The notes below the pieces were generated by a model that did not search any database, was not told where the DNA came from, and saw nothing but the letters and a program-made list of their open reading frames with translations. The position numbers and the translations under genes were made by a program. This document shows, in pieces, positions 50,134 through 62,700 of a stretch of DNA of 64,000 bases (positions within the stretch are counted from its first letter, which is position 1; the number at the start of each line of letters is the position of its first letter). The DNA is from Azolla caroliniana (lineage: Eukaryota > Plantae > Polypodiophyta): positions 18,476,001 to 18,540,000 of the forward strand of contig JBHGNT010000011.1 of the NCBI GenBank assembly GCA_043228905.1, written 5' to 3'.

Positions 50134-52245
50134 CTCTCTCTCTCTCTCTTTCCCTCTCTCACTAACTCTCTCTCATATATATACATATCATTTTAAATCC
50201 ATTTTATTTAATATCTTAATTCAAAATCCTTTACTTTATTTATTTATGATGTCATGAGGAGATATAGCTCTTTTCTTTGACCTGTTCCTCCTTGACCCAT
50301 CCCATCCCCCAACACGTAAGTGTAGTGTCCCTATGGACATATCCATAATGTGGCGTGGCCCCCCTCCCCCCATTATCGAACCTTAACTGAAAGTTCATTC
50401 GTATGTCATTGTTAACAGATTTCTTGTTGACATTGATCATCAATCAATGAACCACTTTGTATACCATATGTCTATCGTTGATCTCGATGAACCTTGCATG
50501 CCAATGCACTTCATTAGTCATGCTTTTTCTCAAATCCATCATCATAGAATAATTTAATCAAACATCGTCGCATGTGGCGTCGCCCATTATCTTAAGTCTT
50601 TACTACTATTAGGCCATATAGTATACCACAAATTTAGGAGCCATCCACCTCCTCTTGAGTCGAGTTGTCCCTATTGTTGAGTTGTGAGGCTTGGTTTAGA
50701 AGTGACAATCGATAACATTTTGACATGTGAGTGAGCCATCTTAGTATGTTTGGAATTTGTTAATGGCATCCATAAGAAATTCTAATCATTAAACCATGGT
50801 GGAGGTTCGCTCCTTCTGATAACATGCATTTGTGGTCAATGCAATTTCTATGTTTGGTAACCTGTAAACCTAATGCTAAACAATATAATTGGAATCCTAC
50901 TAAGCTTTCTCGATACACTTACGTCATAAATCAAGCTAGTGCCATCTCCAAGGCATGTGTGGGAATATTAAAAGAAATTTTATAATATATTCCACATTTT
51001 GTCTTTTAGGCATTGTTTCTTTAAAATTAGCATAGCCAATTCTCAACACGTTTGAACTAATAGGGCTTCTTGGGTGGGTCTACACATGGACTACTTGCCA
51101 TGATAGATGAAGAACCTTATCAACTTATGGGTCAAATACATTGAACCTATGTGAAAGCATTTGAAGTTTTGTGCCCATTACATAGGTTCCAAACATTACT
51201 TTGATCACCTACCTCATTTTCTGGGGAGTAACGTGATGATAGTGACACATGGGATTTTTGAGAAGAAAGATTCGAGATGATTCGATACTTTATTGACGAT
51301 GGAGAATATATTGTTGAGATTTCACCACCAAATGTATTCTTATAAAGCTCAATATTGGACAATCTTCTAAAAATATAGTTCCCTTCCGTCATCATGATTC
51401 AAAGGATTCATACCTACTGGGAAAATAGTGATCTTTTACTTCGAAGGGGCAATCATTCCGTTCTTCTAGTTGTCGTGTTAATACAACAAAAAACACGTGC
51501 ATCGTAACTGCCTTACACGTTATCCCATATTCAAAAAAATGTATTATTATGCGCAACTGCCAGATGTTTCGGACATACAATATATTACTGGATGGACACA
51601 CATGGAATAGAATTTTCTCTACGAAGTTGGTGGCCCAAAAACTCTAGCATTATGAGGCGGGTGGGCTTAAGGTAGCCCTCAAAGACATAATTCAGAATAT
51701 GAGGATCATTGAATAGTCTTGTCGAGCATTGAATGTGAAGTGGGTATTCACATGCATATGTAGAAGACATTTTGGATGGCTAAGAGTGTCATGGCCTATT
51801 TCCCCTCTTTAATGCTATGCATGGTTTATTGATATTTGTATTTATGTGTGGCATTATAGATCAAGTAATCATGTGCAAGTATGAACGAGGCACAATGGTG
51901 TCTACAATTAGGACTTAGTGAAAGACATGTGAGGTATAGCATATATGCATATTGAAGTATTCTTGTAAAGTCACATTAAATTATATTATAGAAAGTAAGA
52001 TTGCATACTATAATCAATAGGAGGATTGGAATATTGCATGGTAATGATCCCAATAATTCATTAGTTTGCAATGTTTTTTGACAAGTCGAGGATTGGACCT
52101 TGACCCATTGCCAATATAATGTGAAATATGCATATCTCAAACGATCCAACACATTCACGTTGGTGTTATAAGAACTCCACAAACTTTCTAAACCTAAATC
52201 AAAGTTCCTAAAGGTGAGTTGTGATCTCTGAAGTTATTAGCCTTA

Positions 52246-52285
<40 letters not shown>

Positions 52286-52392
52286 TTGATGGTTTATACC
52301 ATAGCATCAAACTCATAAAAATTGAGAGCATTGAACTTCTATCCTCACCATGGACTAGGCCCCGTCTCATGGATCGCAATCAATCTCCCATA

Positions 52393-52662
52393 GATGTTAA
52401 AAATATATCTCTCTTTCTCTCTCATGCTCTTAATTATGAATTGTTTGCATGGTCTATGATATGTCATTCTTACTAGCCTCATCCAATAGCCTTGGCCCCT
52501 ATCTCCGAAACCTAGAGACCAAGTTTTCTTTGATGTTAAAAAGATATCTCTCATACTCTTAATTATGAATTGTTTGCATGGTCTATGATATGTCATTCTT
52601 ACTAGACCTCATCCAATGGCCTTGGCCCCTATCTCCAAAACCTAGCGACCAAGTTTTCTTTG
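52393..52662. repeat. ~130-140 bp tandem duplication
   Basis: GATGTTAAAA...TTAATTATGAATTGTTTGCATGGTCTATG...GACCAAGTTTTCTTTG occurs twice. Confidence 0.92.
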
Positions 52663-54206
52663 GTTTTGCTCTTTTCGTTGAAGAAATGTGTCAATTTGTG
52701 GAAATCATTCTTTTAGGAGTAAAACAGAAGTACCAATGCTTGAGGCTCAAAACAAAAATATTCATGTTGCATAGCACAAATTTTACAACCACATGATCAT
52801 GTTAGTACATCAGAATATTTCAATCATCTAATATTTGTGAAAAATGCTTTCACAATGCTTTTGGCGAGTAGTGTCAACTCTCTTCTTTCTTGTGCTTTTT
52901 GGATAGCTTGCGATACATTCCTGTCACACCCTTCACAAAGAGGAATCCATGACAAATCCCAAAGAGAGAATCATGCATAAATTGCTACATAATGGGCATA
53001 AATAAATCAATACATTATCAAATTGAATAATCAGTTTCAAATTATTCCCTCGATAGTAAATTTATGATATTGATTAGGAAAAATAACACTATTCTAAATG
53101 GAACCAAGCCATTTCATGATTAAATAAGGCTTAGAAAAAGGCAAACCTTTCATATTCATTGGTTATGTGGACTGGTAGCAAAATACCATGTTCTTGTTAT
53201 AAAAGGCTAGTGAGATGAATTAATCATAAAATACCATGTTCTTGTTATCAAAGGCTTAAAATAAAATGTCATATTTGAAAAAGGAGAAGAAAGAAACACC
53301 ATAAAAGTTTTGCAATTTTGCCCTTTCGATTTAAATTTAGATCGCATGGTCTTGTCACATATACGTCTAAATCTTGAGGGACATTTAATTATAAAACAGG
53401 AGACTCGGGGTTTATAGGTAAAAAAAACTATTTCCATGCGTCACAAAATGGCTCAAAAGCATATCTTCAAGGAATCATTATAGAAGAATAATTTGAAATC
53501 ATCACATAGATATGCATACAAGAAAGTAAAAACTGAATATAGACTTTTCTTCTGACTTGAGCATTAAAAACCATTGCCAAAATCACTACAGCTCCCTTTG
53601 GCCTGTCAGCATGCTAAAAATATACGGGTGACCAATAACTTTGCTACAAGACTGAAGTTCCACATTGCTACATGACTTTATTACCTTAAAATGCTGTATA
53701 AGGTCATAAATACTAGGGATTGGAGCTTATTCATACAATAATAGAACATTCGTTCATCTTTCTTCTGCGCCAATAGAATTAGTGCAGCCTATGCAGATTT
53801 ACTTGGATGAATAAATCCTTAGGCATTGTTTATAGCCTTCGTCCTAAACAAAAATCAATAACATTGTGTACACTTTTGTCCATTTTTTAATGGATCTTTG
53901 GCTTCTCAAATGACACCAGCAGACACATTAAGCATCATCATAAAGCAAGATGCTGATGACCTTCAACAATTGGTCAAGAGCTGATCATGTGTATCTAGAC
54001 ATATCATGGGTTTCCATTCAATCAATAAACAATTGACCTGGAGAAAATGTGATATATTTACATTTCGATTGATATAGCCTTTACATAGGATTACAATGGA
54101 CTTTGAACTGTTACATTTTTCTTAAAATAATGACAATACTAATCTCTTCCCTGATATCTTTTCATCATTTTGAAAGATTTGTGGGAATTAATACCAATAA
54201 GTAGTC

Positions 54207-56526
54207 CTAGCAAATGCACCTACCATACTCAAATTTGTGAATTTGGTTTGCATCAGCAACTAGAATTCTGCGCTGCTCCGTCATTGACATGAATTTAATG
54301 ACAGAATGACAATCACCACAAATACGAAGCTTCATTGTGACGTGTATAGGCACACCTTCATGAGTATTGATCAATGCACATGCAATTGCAAGTTGTACGC
54401 TGTGGTCACACAGCATATTGTTCTTTTCTTCATCTCGAATAGTTTGCTGTAACGAAAGAAATCCTTGGGAATAGCCCTCTTCTGATAATTTTTCGTGAAT
54501 TTCCTTTAGCTTCACATATGCACTATGACAATGGCTCTTATTTTCAAAGGAATGCACATTTCTACTGCTATCGGTCCATCGACTCCAGCCCTGTATCTTC
54601 CATGCCTTATTTTTAACTCTCCAGGCTTCAACTGCATCTGCCTCTGTTTGCATGCCAGCTGCTAAGTATATGTTTTCCATGCAAACATATGCTCGAACAC
54701 ACTTTTCATCCAATTGTACTAATCGCTCAAATGTCCATCTCCCAAGCTTCACGTTCACCCATTTGTGACAAGCACCCAATATGGCTAGTAATAGTGGAAG
54801 ACTTTCAGAAGATGAAATTTTGTTGAGCAACATTTTCGCCTTGTCAAAGTGGCCTGCTCTGCTGAAAAGATCGACCATACAAGTATAGTGTTCTAGTGAT
54901 GGAGTTAGTTGATGGGTACACATTTCATCGAACAGCCTTTCTCCTTCCTCCATCAGACCTGTATGGCTACATACAGTCAGCAGAACAAGGAATGTAACCA
55001 GATTCGGTACAATACCTTCTTTTCTCATTTTTGCGAGTAGGTCCAAAACTATGTATGATTGACCTAACTGAGCATATCCTGCCATAAGAGCACTCCAAGA
55101 AACCACATCTTGAACTTGAAGCTGTGAGAATACTTCTTGTGCTTTATCCAATGCACCACATTTGGCATACATGTCTACCAAAGTAGTACCAAGCACAACA
55201 TCTTTTAGCAACAACCCTTGTCTTCTTACCTCAGCATCTATGTCTTTCCCGACTTCTAGACACCCCACATTGCCACAAGCTTTCAGAATGCATACATAAG
55301 TTATAGAATCTGGCCGTACTCCTTCACCTTGCATCTGCTTGAGACATTTCAAGGCTTCTTCAACAAGACCATGCTCAACATATCCTGTGATGAGTGTACT
55401 CCATGACACAACATCATGAGTAGGAAGCTCATAAAATGTTTCTCGTGCTTTCCCAAGTGCCCCACACTGTGCATACATGTCAATCAATGCAGTACCTAGT
55501 ACTATGTCTTTTTGCAATAATCCTTTCTTTCTTAACTCGGCATCGATGCCTTTCCCAGTATCAAGATCTTTCAGCATTGTGCAAGCTTTCAAAACACAAG
55601 CATATGTTATTGCATTCGGATAAATCCCCTCACCTTCCATCTCATGGAAACATTTTAAGGCTTCATAACCAAGCCCATGTTGAACGTACCCAGCAATAAG
55701 AGCAGTCCAACACACAACATTGGGGACTGGAATGTATTCAAGTACATTCCTCGCTTTCTCAAATGCACCACATTTTGCATACATATCAACCAATGTGGCC
55801 CCAAGCATAACATCTTTCTTTAAAAACCCTACCTTCCTAACCTCAATATCGATATCTTCGCCAATCTCAAGAGATCCTAGACTTCCACATGCTTTCAGCG
55901 CACAAAGATAAGTCACAGCATCGGGGCAGACCCCTTCATCTTGCATGTGTTTGTAGCATTTTAGAGCTTCATGGTTGAGTCCAAGCTGAGAGTATCCCGA
56001 CATAAGGATGGTCCAAGATACCACATCTTGTATTGGAAGCTGTTCAAATACTTCTCTTGCTTCTCTCATCGCACCACATTTAGCATATGTTCTTATAAGA
56101 GCCGTGGTCAGATACACATCTCGAGAAATCAATGCTCGATCAAGGAGGTCCGAGTGTATCTTCCTCACCTTTACAATATTCTTTTCTTGGCCACATGTCT
56201 TGATGAGGTTCAAAAGAGAATTTCTATCTTTGAACAGTACTTTAGGCAACTCTTCCACCATCTTGGATGTAAATTCTTGAATGGCTATGCCTTTAGACAT
56301 GGCGTTGCTATGCTTGGCTTCTGAATCAGGGTTTCTTTTCTGTACGAAAATTGGCGGTGATGGAAATGCAAAGCATCAAACGCAGACGAGAAGAGGAGTT
56401 CTCGACGCTTACCTTGCGAATGAGATGCTCCATAAACGCGGAGGGGCCTCGGAGGGAGACCTGATGGCGCAGGAATGTCGCATCTTTGAAAATGGTGGAA
56501 GAAGAAGAAGAAGAAGAAGAAGCCAT
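54207..56526 (-). CDS. PLS-class PPR protein with E1/E2 and a variant DYW (WW-like) domain; 2 exons, ~748 aa
   Basis: Exon 1 is 56526-56413 (MASSSS...EHLIRK|GTAAGC), followed by a 73-nt intron ending TTTCGTACAG. Exon 2 is 56339-54207, in frame with the 697-aa ORF. There are 4 YA(K/Q)CG units, and the C-terminus reads AWKIQGWSRWTD..VHSF...EEGY...HSVQLAIA...RICGDCH...IHKFEYGRCIC. Confidence 0.92.
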
Positions 56527-56812
56527 GGCGTGAAGCTTTGCAAGTTCTCTTTCAATCTCTTTCAATCTGTGGTGGAAAGATATATTAATGTCTTTTAAGA
56601 CCAAATTTGGCCCATGAGACAAAATTGAGTAATAGTAATAGAGACCTAAGAAAATCAGGTTTCGATCCCAATACCTAAAGATTAGTAATCTATCAACTTA
56701 TCACTAAGCTAAACTAATTACGAAAAAGTTTTAAAAGTGGGCTTTTACGTGGCATCTTGAGAGTGTGGTTATTGAGAAGCTCGGCAACTCTAACAAAGTT
56801 TCACATCACTCA

Positions 56813-57270
56813 TGTTAAAGCTAGATCCTAATGTAAGCATGAGATAAGGAAATATATTATTAGAAAATAGAGTGGAGAGAGGGAAAGAAGGGTGCACCGA
56901 TCCACCCGACCACCCCCGAGCGGAGGGATCAAGCCGGACTCGAGCCTCGATCGGCGTCCCATACCACCGTCGTGGCATCGAACCGTACCTGGTACCGGCA
57001 CGCTCGCTTCAAGAGTTGATCACCACGAGGACAAAGTCTCGACGTAGTCGATAATGTGTCAAAATGAGGGTAGTTGGGCCTCATATTTATAGCCAAACCT
57101 AGGGCCCCCATGCAATTCACACTTGGCCTTAATGGGTTGTCTCAATCCCAAGGATTAAAAGTAATCCTTCCCTTCTTTACACTCTCGTTTAACCCTCACA
57201 CTTTATTCACATGTATAGAATACTACGATATAATCTTACCACAGGATATTATATCGCCATGCCCGTAACA
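56813..57270. mobile_element. Solo LTR (458 bp)
   Basis: Termini are TGTTA...TAACA. The flanks ACTCA / ACTAA form a 5-bp TSD with one mismatch. There is an internal TATTTATAG (TATA-like on the - strand). Confidence 0.65.
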
Positions 57271-59021
57271 ACTAACAAGAACAAACAGAACAGTTTTGGG
57301 GCTCCCTTTGTGTTATGGGCATGACCATATAATATCCCGTGGTAAGTTTTACCGCAGTATTTATACATTCTATAATTAATAGAAGTATGGGGCAACCATT
57401 TTGTGCATACCAGTTGGCAGTGATGTATAGGAACAAAGTAGGATGTGATCTCTTGCCAACCAATAGCTCTCGAAGCTTTTTCATGTTCCTCAAATATTTT
57501 GATTTTTGGAGAAGTTTATCCTCAAATGTTTCAATTCAAGAAACACACTAAAGAGATACATACAACTATCTATCCAAGTGTCCCAAAACTTGTCTCGTAG
57601 TTTTCTACCCAATAAGCTCATGCACGTGATGTCCATCACATTATTGTCATCAATGGCAAATCAACTCTAAACTTCAATATTCCACTTTGTTGCCTAATCA
57701 CTTTATAGCTCCTCAAAAATCCTTTAAAGACACTAGTTGAAGTTGGATAATGTTTTACTATGTTGATTCTAGTTATACAAAGGTACACGCCATGTCCTAC
57801 CTTATCAAGATGCCAACCTTCAACCACCACATCTTCTCCCATGTCAAGTTTGCAATATTCATAAACTTGATGTCATACATGCATCAAAACTAATAGCCTT
57901 TTTTTCTAATGGCTCTACCTTGATTTATGTATAGTTTGGCAATTTTCATAACTCAATGTACATGTTACTCAAAAATACAAGCACATCATTGCTTTACAAC
58001 CAAATAAATCTGATTTTACCAACACTACGCACATATACATGCCACCAAATCATTAAGGTATTTCTGGTTTATAATCATGTTTTCACTTTGCACACTATGG
58101 AAAAGTTTTGATGTGAAAATTTGCAATGATTTTTCTAGATTCCTTTTCATTCAAAGTCATTAGAATCATTGACTTGACAAGGTTTGCAACCCTTTCCAAT
58201 TATCTTCCTCAATTATGATCTACATTCATATAATCTATCTATCTATCAACATATTAAGGATTGACTACAAATAAAAAGAAACACATGCAAACATGTGTGG
58301 TTAACAATATTGATGCCACAAATTCTCTCATCTTATTCTCGAGCATAAGATTTCTTTGAGATTCCCTTTCACATGTATCACATCTATCTATCTTGCTTTG
58401 GTTAAGCAAGCACTCTTAACCTCCTTATCATCCACAACCACCTTTAACTCATATATCAATATTGCTATTATCTTGACAAAACACACGCCAGCTTAAAGAC
58501 AACATTCAAAATATACATCTGCAATGCAACTATTACAAACACGATATGAATTGTTGTTAGAACCTTTTAGATATAACCACACCTACCCATAAGCTAATTC
58601 TTAAAAACAATAATGTACCAATTCACCTTTTACATTACAGTTGCATAAGTTCTATGAACATAGTACATCATTGACTCACCTTCTACAACCTCATGTTTCT
58701 CAGTCGGGAAGCACAATCATACAAGATCACAAAGAGTATCTAGTTTAGAGTATGTGGACATTAAAAAGGCTTGGTGTCCTAGCACTTTGGCAATATATAA
58801 TTTGCATTGATTACTGAGCGGTTAACAATAAATGTCTGCAAGAAGCAAAAGTCACAAGATAACAAAACGATACCAAATTGACTTCATTCAGCAGTATATC
58901 ACTTGTATCTATTACTAGATGCTTAGACAGAAGCCTTCAAGAAGCAAGCCAGACGCTATAGCAAACAACAATGCACCAAATCTACACCTTCACAACATCC
59001 CAAGAGTAGTTTCTTCAATCT

Positions 59022-60701
59022 TCACGGCTTACAATAGAGCCTATCTTTACCTCCATCTCCAACAATCTCAGCTCGCACTGTAATTTCGTCCCCAACCTTG
59101 AAGAGCCTGGATAGAAGGGGGATGCCACCCATGCATTCGAGCTGTGAGCATGGCAAAAACCCTTCTCTCCCATTGGGTAATTTCATAAAGTACCCCACGG
59201 TATTAATTTCTTTCACAACTCCTTGCATTGTACCTTCATCGCCCTTCTTATACATTTTTGAGTAGTCAAGCTGAAAATTCCTTTCTTCCTCTTCAATCTC
59301 AAGAGCTCGTTGTCGGTGACTAGCTTCCCTTCGATATTGCTTCATTCGCATCTTTGCTTCTAAATTGTAAGGCCTCCGTCGTACTGAAGAGTACTGCTGA
59401 TACATGTCTGGCTCTGGATCCTAATTAAAGGTTTGCATACACGAGAGATCCATCAGATGAAACTCAATAACATAACTATTTACCATATCCAGTTACACAA
59501 TTCAATCATCAGATGAAGCTCAACTGCATGTTTAATACATAGTCACACAAGTTACCCATTAGATAGAACACAATGGCATATTTAAAGCAACCAATTACAC
59601 GAGCTCAATGGTGTCCCCTAATACTACCCATTGCATGAAGATTAATGGCACATTTAACAGATGTAATTATGCATAATGATCATCAGATGGAACTCAATCA
59701 CATGTTTGACACTCCAAATGTGACGGTCCATCCTTTTCGAACTCTAATATGGCATATTTAACATATCAAGGTACACAAGTTATCCATCTGATGGATCAAA
59801 ATGGTATATCTCGAGCATCCTATTACACAGGTCATTCATTAGATGAAACGCAATGTCCCATTAAGCTAATCCAAGTGCACAATTCATTCACCAGATGGAT
59901 CTCACTGGCATCTTTACATATCTGTTCCCACTATTTTTCCATCAAATTCATTAGATGAAACGCAATGTCCCATTAAGCTAATCCAAGTGCACAATTCATT
60001 CACCAGATGGATCTCACTGGCATCTTTACATATCTGTTCCCAATATTTTTCCATCAAATGGGGCTGGATTGCATATTTAATATGCAAAAAATATATTGAG
60101 GCATGCGTCTGTAACCATTAAATAGTAAAAATCAAAACATACACACATACATACATCAAAGGTTGCACTTGAAGAAGCCTGTTGTGGTTGAGGAGTCGAT
60201 CGATTCTCTTGACTTCCATCTGTAGAGAAGCTCATGTTTCCATGTGGACTGATTCCTCCCCATCTGTGCAGAGGAAACATTAACCCACCAGGAGCCCCAG
60301 CATTGAGGCTAGGGTTGGGATTAAGACAGGGGTTAGGAAGAGACCTTAATCCGCAGCCAGACAGAAACCTACGCGACGAAATCGATGATGTGATCCAATG
60401 GAGAGACTGCATCACACACGCACGCACACAAAAAAAAACATTTTAATCGAAGGTGTTAGGAAGAGATCTTAATCCACAGCCCGACAGAGATCTGCGGGAC
60501 AAAATTGACGATGCCATCATCCAATGGGGATGACTGCACCGCCGGAAAAAGAAGACCAAATCAGTGTTTAATGGTTTTGCTTCGAAGTTTCGAGAGGTTC
60601 GGTTGGACTGCAACAAGAAAAGATGGTCGAAAGCTTTCCTACGAATCTACAGAGCAGAGGGTGGGAGGAATTACCTGGCGAGAAGGGGCGAAGCGTGCCA
60701 T
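59022..60701 (-). CDS. S1-domain (OB-fold) RNA-binding protein, probably mitochondrion-targeted; 3 exons, ~225 aa
   Basis: Exons are 60701-60675 (MARFAPSRQ|GTAATT), 60406-60155 (Arg/Ser-rich presequence-like) and 59420-59022. The S1 signature is GVVKEINTVGYFMKLPNGREGFLPCSQL...LFKVGDEITVR. Confidence 0.8.
59837..60059. repeat. ~112-bp near-perfect tandem duplication in the S1 gene intron
   Basis: CATTAGATGAAACGCAATGTCCC...TTTTCCATCAAAT occurs twice. Related CATCAGATG(A/G)A.CTCAA words occur at ~59451, 59506 and 59681. Confidence 0.92.
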
Positions 60702-62139
60702 CGGCAGATTACGACAGGAAGAAGAGAAGAAGAAGAAGAAGAAGAAGAGCAGGTCTGACTAGGGCTTTTCGAGGGTTTAGTTATTATGTGAAGCTCTAGA
60801 AAAATATAAGGGGGAGGGGTATTTGGGTAAAACAATATTTTGTTCCCAACAAACAAATGCATGTGTATATATATATATATATATGTATGTACTACACACA
60901 TGACTCGGGTGCGATATATCGCCCGGAGACATCTCAAAAATGGTTCGTCGATGTTCGATCGATCACCAATACTTGTCATCGGAAGGAAACGGTTTGATCC
61001 ATTGCTTGTAGCTTGACATTTAGGTTTCCATTGCATGTCATTTAACCCGTAACACAATCATCGGTTGCTTCATAAACCCTAAACCTCGAGGAGAATGAGG
61101 TTCAAAGATCCCTGAGTTTGAAGAAACCAACTTTGCTCATTGGAAAAATGAAAATATGTGATGTTCTGATTCAGAGGCACGATGGAGATCGGTTCACGAC
61201 AATAGACCCACCAATGTGGAAGTTGAAGTGTGGTTGAATTTGGAATGACGATCATGAGCTAACTAAGCCCTAACCCCCCTACTCTTGTATGTGTGCTAAA
61301 CGTCTTTGCTAATAAGAAGTGGTGTATAATTTGTCTCTTATCTTCTTTGTTTATTCATCTATTTCTTTGTATATAATATACTCGAATGCATTGGCAAACA
61401 TTCTTTTTCGTATGAATGCAAACGAATGCGTATGTTATCAAAACATTGTTGTGTTTTTTTTTTTTACACTTTTTACATTAACTTTCTTGCCTTAAAAAAT
61501 TTACCTTGTAATAAATAAAGATACAAAGTATGGTATTTACCATACTCGAATTATTGAAACATTCTCGAAATGTGAATGCACATATGGTACATATGGTTCA
61601 TGCTATGAGAGAGAGAGACAGAGAATGTACATGTGTGAAGCAAGAGAGAGTGAGTGTAAACACTAATCACTAGGGTTAGTTAAGTTGGTAGCTCAAGAGT
61701 GACTGACAATCACTCAAGCCCCGTTCGCTACCAATAGGGTATACGCCAATCCGAACCCTTGGCACAATGATATCGGTGGTATGTATAACTCCATCAATTC
61801 ATAATGTGTTCCACTGTTGTGCACGCTAAAGACACACAATGCGCATATGGATCTAGAGTTGTGTATCAAAAATTTCTTCCTTTGTTGGAACCTCAAAGAG
61901 GTAGTGTATATAAAGCAATTTAATGGGATCATAAGGAGGAAATGGTATACATGCTTAAAGTATAGCTAATATAGCCTAAAGTAGGCACCTCAACAATGGT
62001 ACTAGAAGTTTGACTTGTTTGTGAAGTTGAATAATTTTGTTGTGACGAGAAAGATTTTTGCTTTTACATCAAGAGGCGTACACACAACAACGTAAACCTC
62101 GTTAGAGTATATATAAATGGCATGCTAATTGGGGGAGGT

Positions 62140-62700
62140 ACATTGACGTTTGGGCTTTGAAGCGAAAGTTGAGTGAAATTTTGGCCTGATGGACGTAGAA
62201 GAGGTGAACCATATCTTAGGAATCTGGATTTCCCAATAGAAGAATAATTGGCATACTTACTTATCTCAATGTGAGGATATAATCAAAGTGCTATAGTAGT
62301 TCCATATGCATGTACAATATGGAATCCACATTGAGGTATGTTTTTTGTTTTACTAGTGAATCAATATCATGTAGATCAAAACCTCAAGAGTATGCAATCA
62401 TTTCAATAATGGATGTACATTTTAGCCAACCAAGCATGCTAATTTCTTGCCCAGTACCATATATAAGAATAACCCACCAATGTCCAACTCTTCATTGTCA
62501 TAGCCATAGTGCCGACCTCCTTCACGTTAGCAAGAAATGTAGACTCTCACAGAAAATCAAAACACATAGAAATATATCACCACTTTTTTTGAAATTGCAT
62601 CTAGAAATTATAGACCACTTCGATTAAAATGATAACAAAGGAGATCATTGCAAACATATTTACAAAGGTACTACTCACAACTCACTTTTACAAGTGTTGT
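62140..62700 (+). mobile_element. Decayed Ty1/copia pol fragments (RT end and RNase H)
   Basis: LMDVEEVNHILGI...YLSQ..IIKVL resembles copia RT MKDLG..ILG..LSQ. PTLHC...H.KSKHIEI.HHF...IANIFTK resembles copia RNase H (KHIDIRYHF, ADIFTK). Confidence 0.75.

Noticed and set aside
50800-52200. Coding-like fragments, also at 57300-58500 and 63000-64000
   Set aside because: These are probably old TE debris, but I could not identify diagnostic motifs.
54207-54610. Classification as a DYW:KP (U-to-C) editor
   Set aside because: The box region has two Trp residues and no KP-type signature, and there is no GRP/DRH-type ending.
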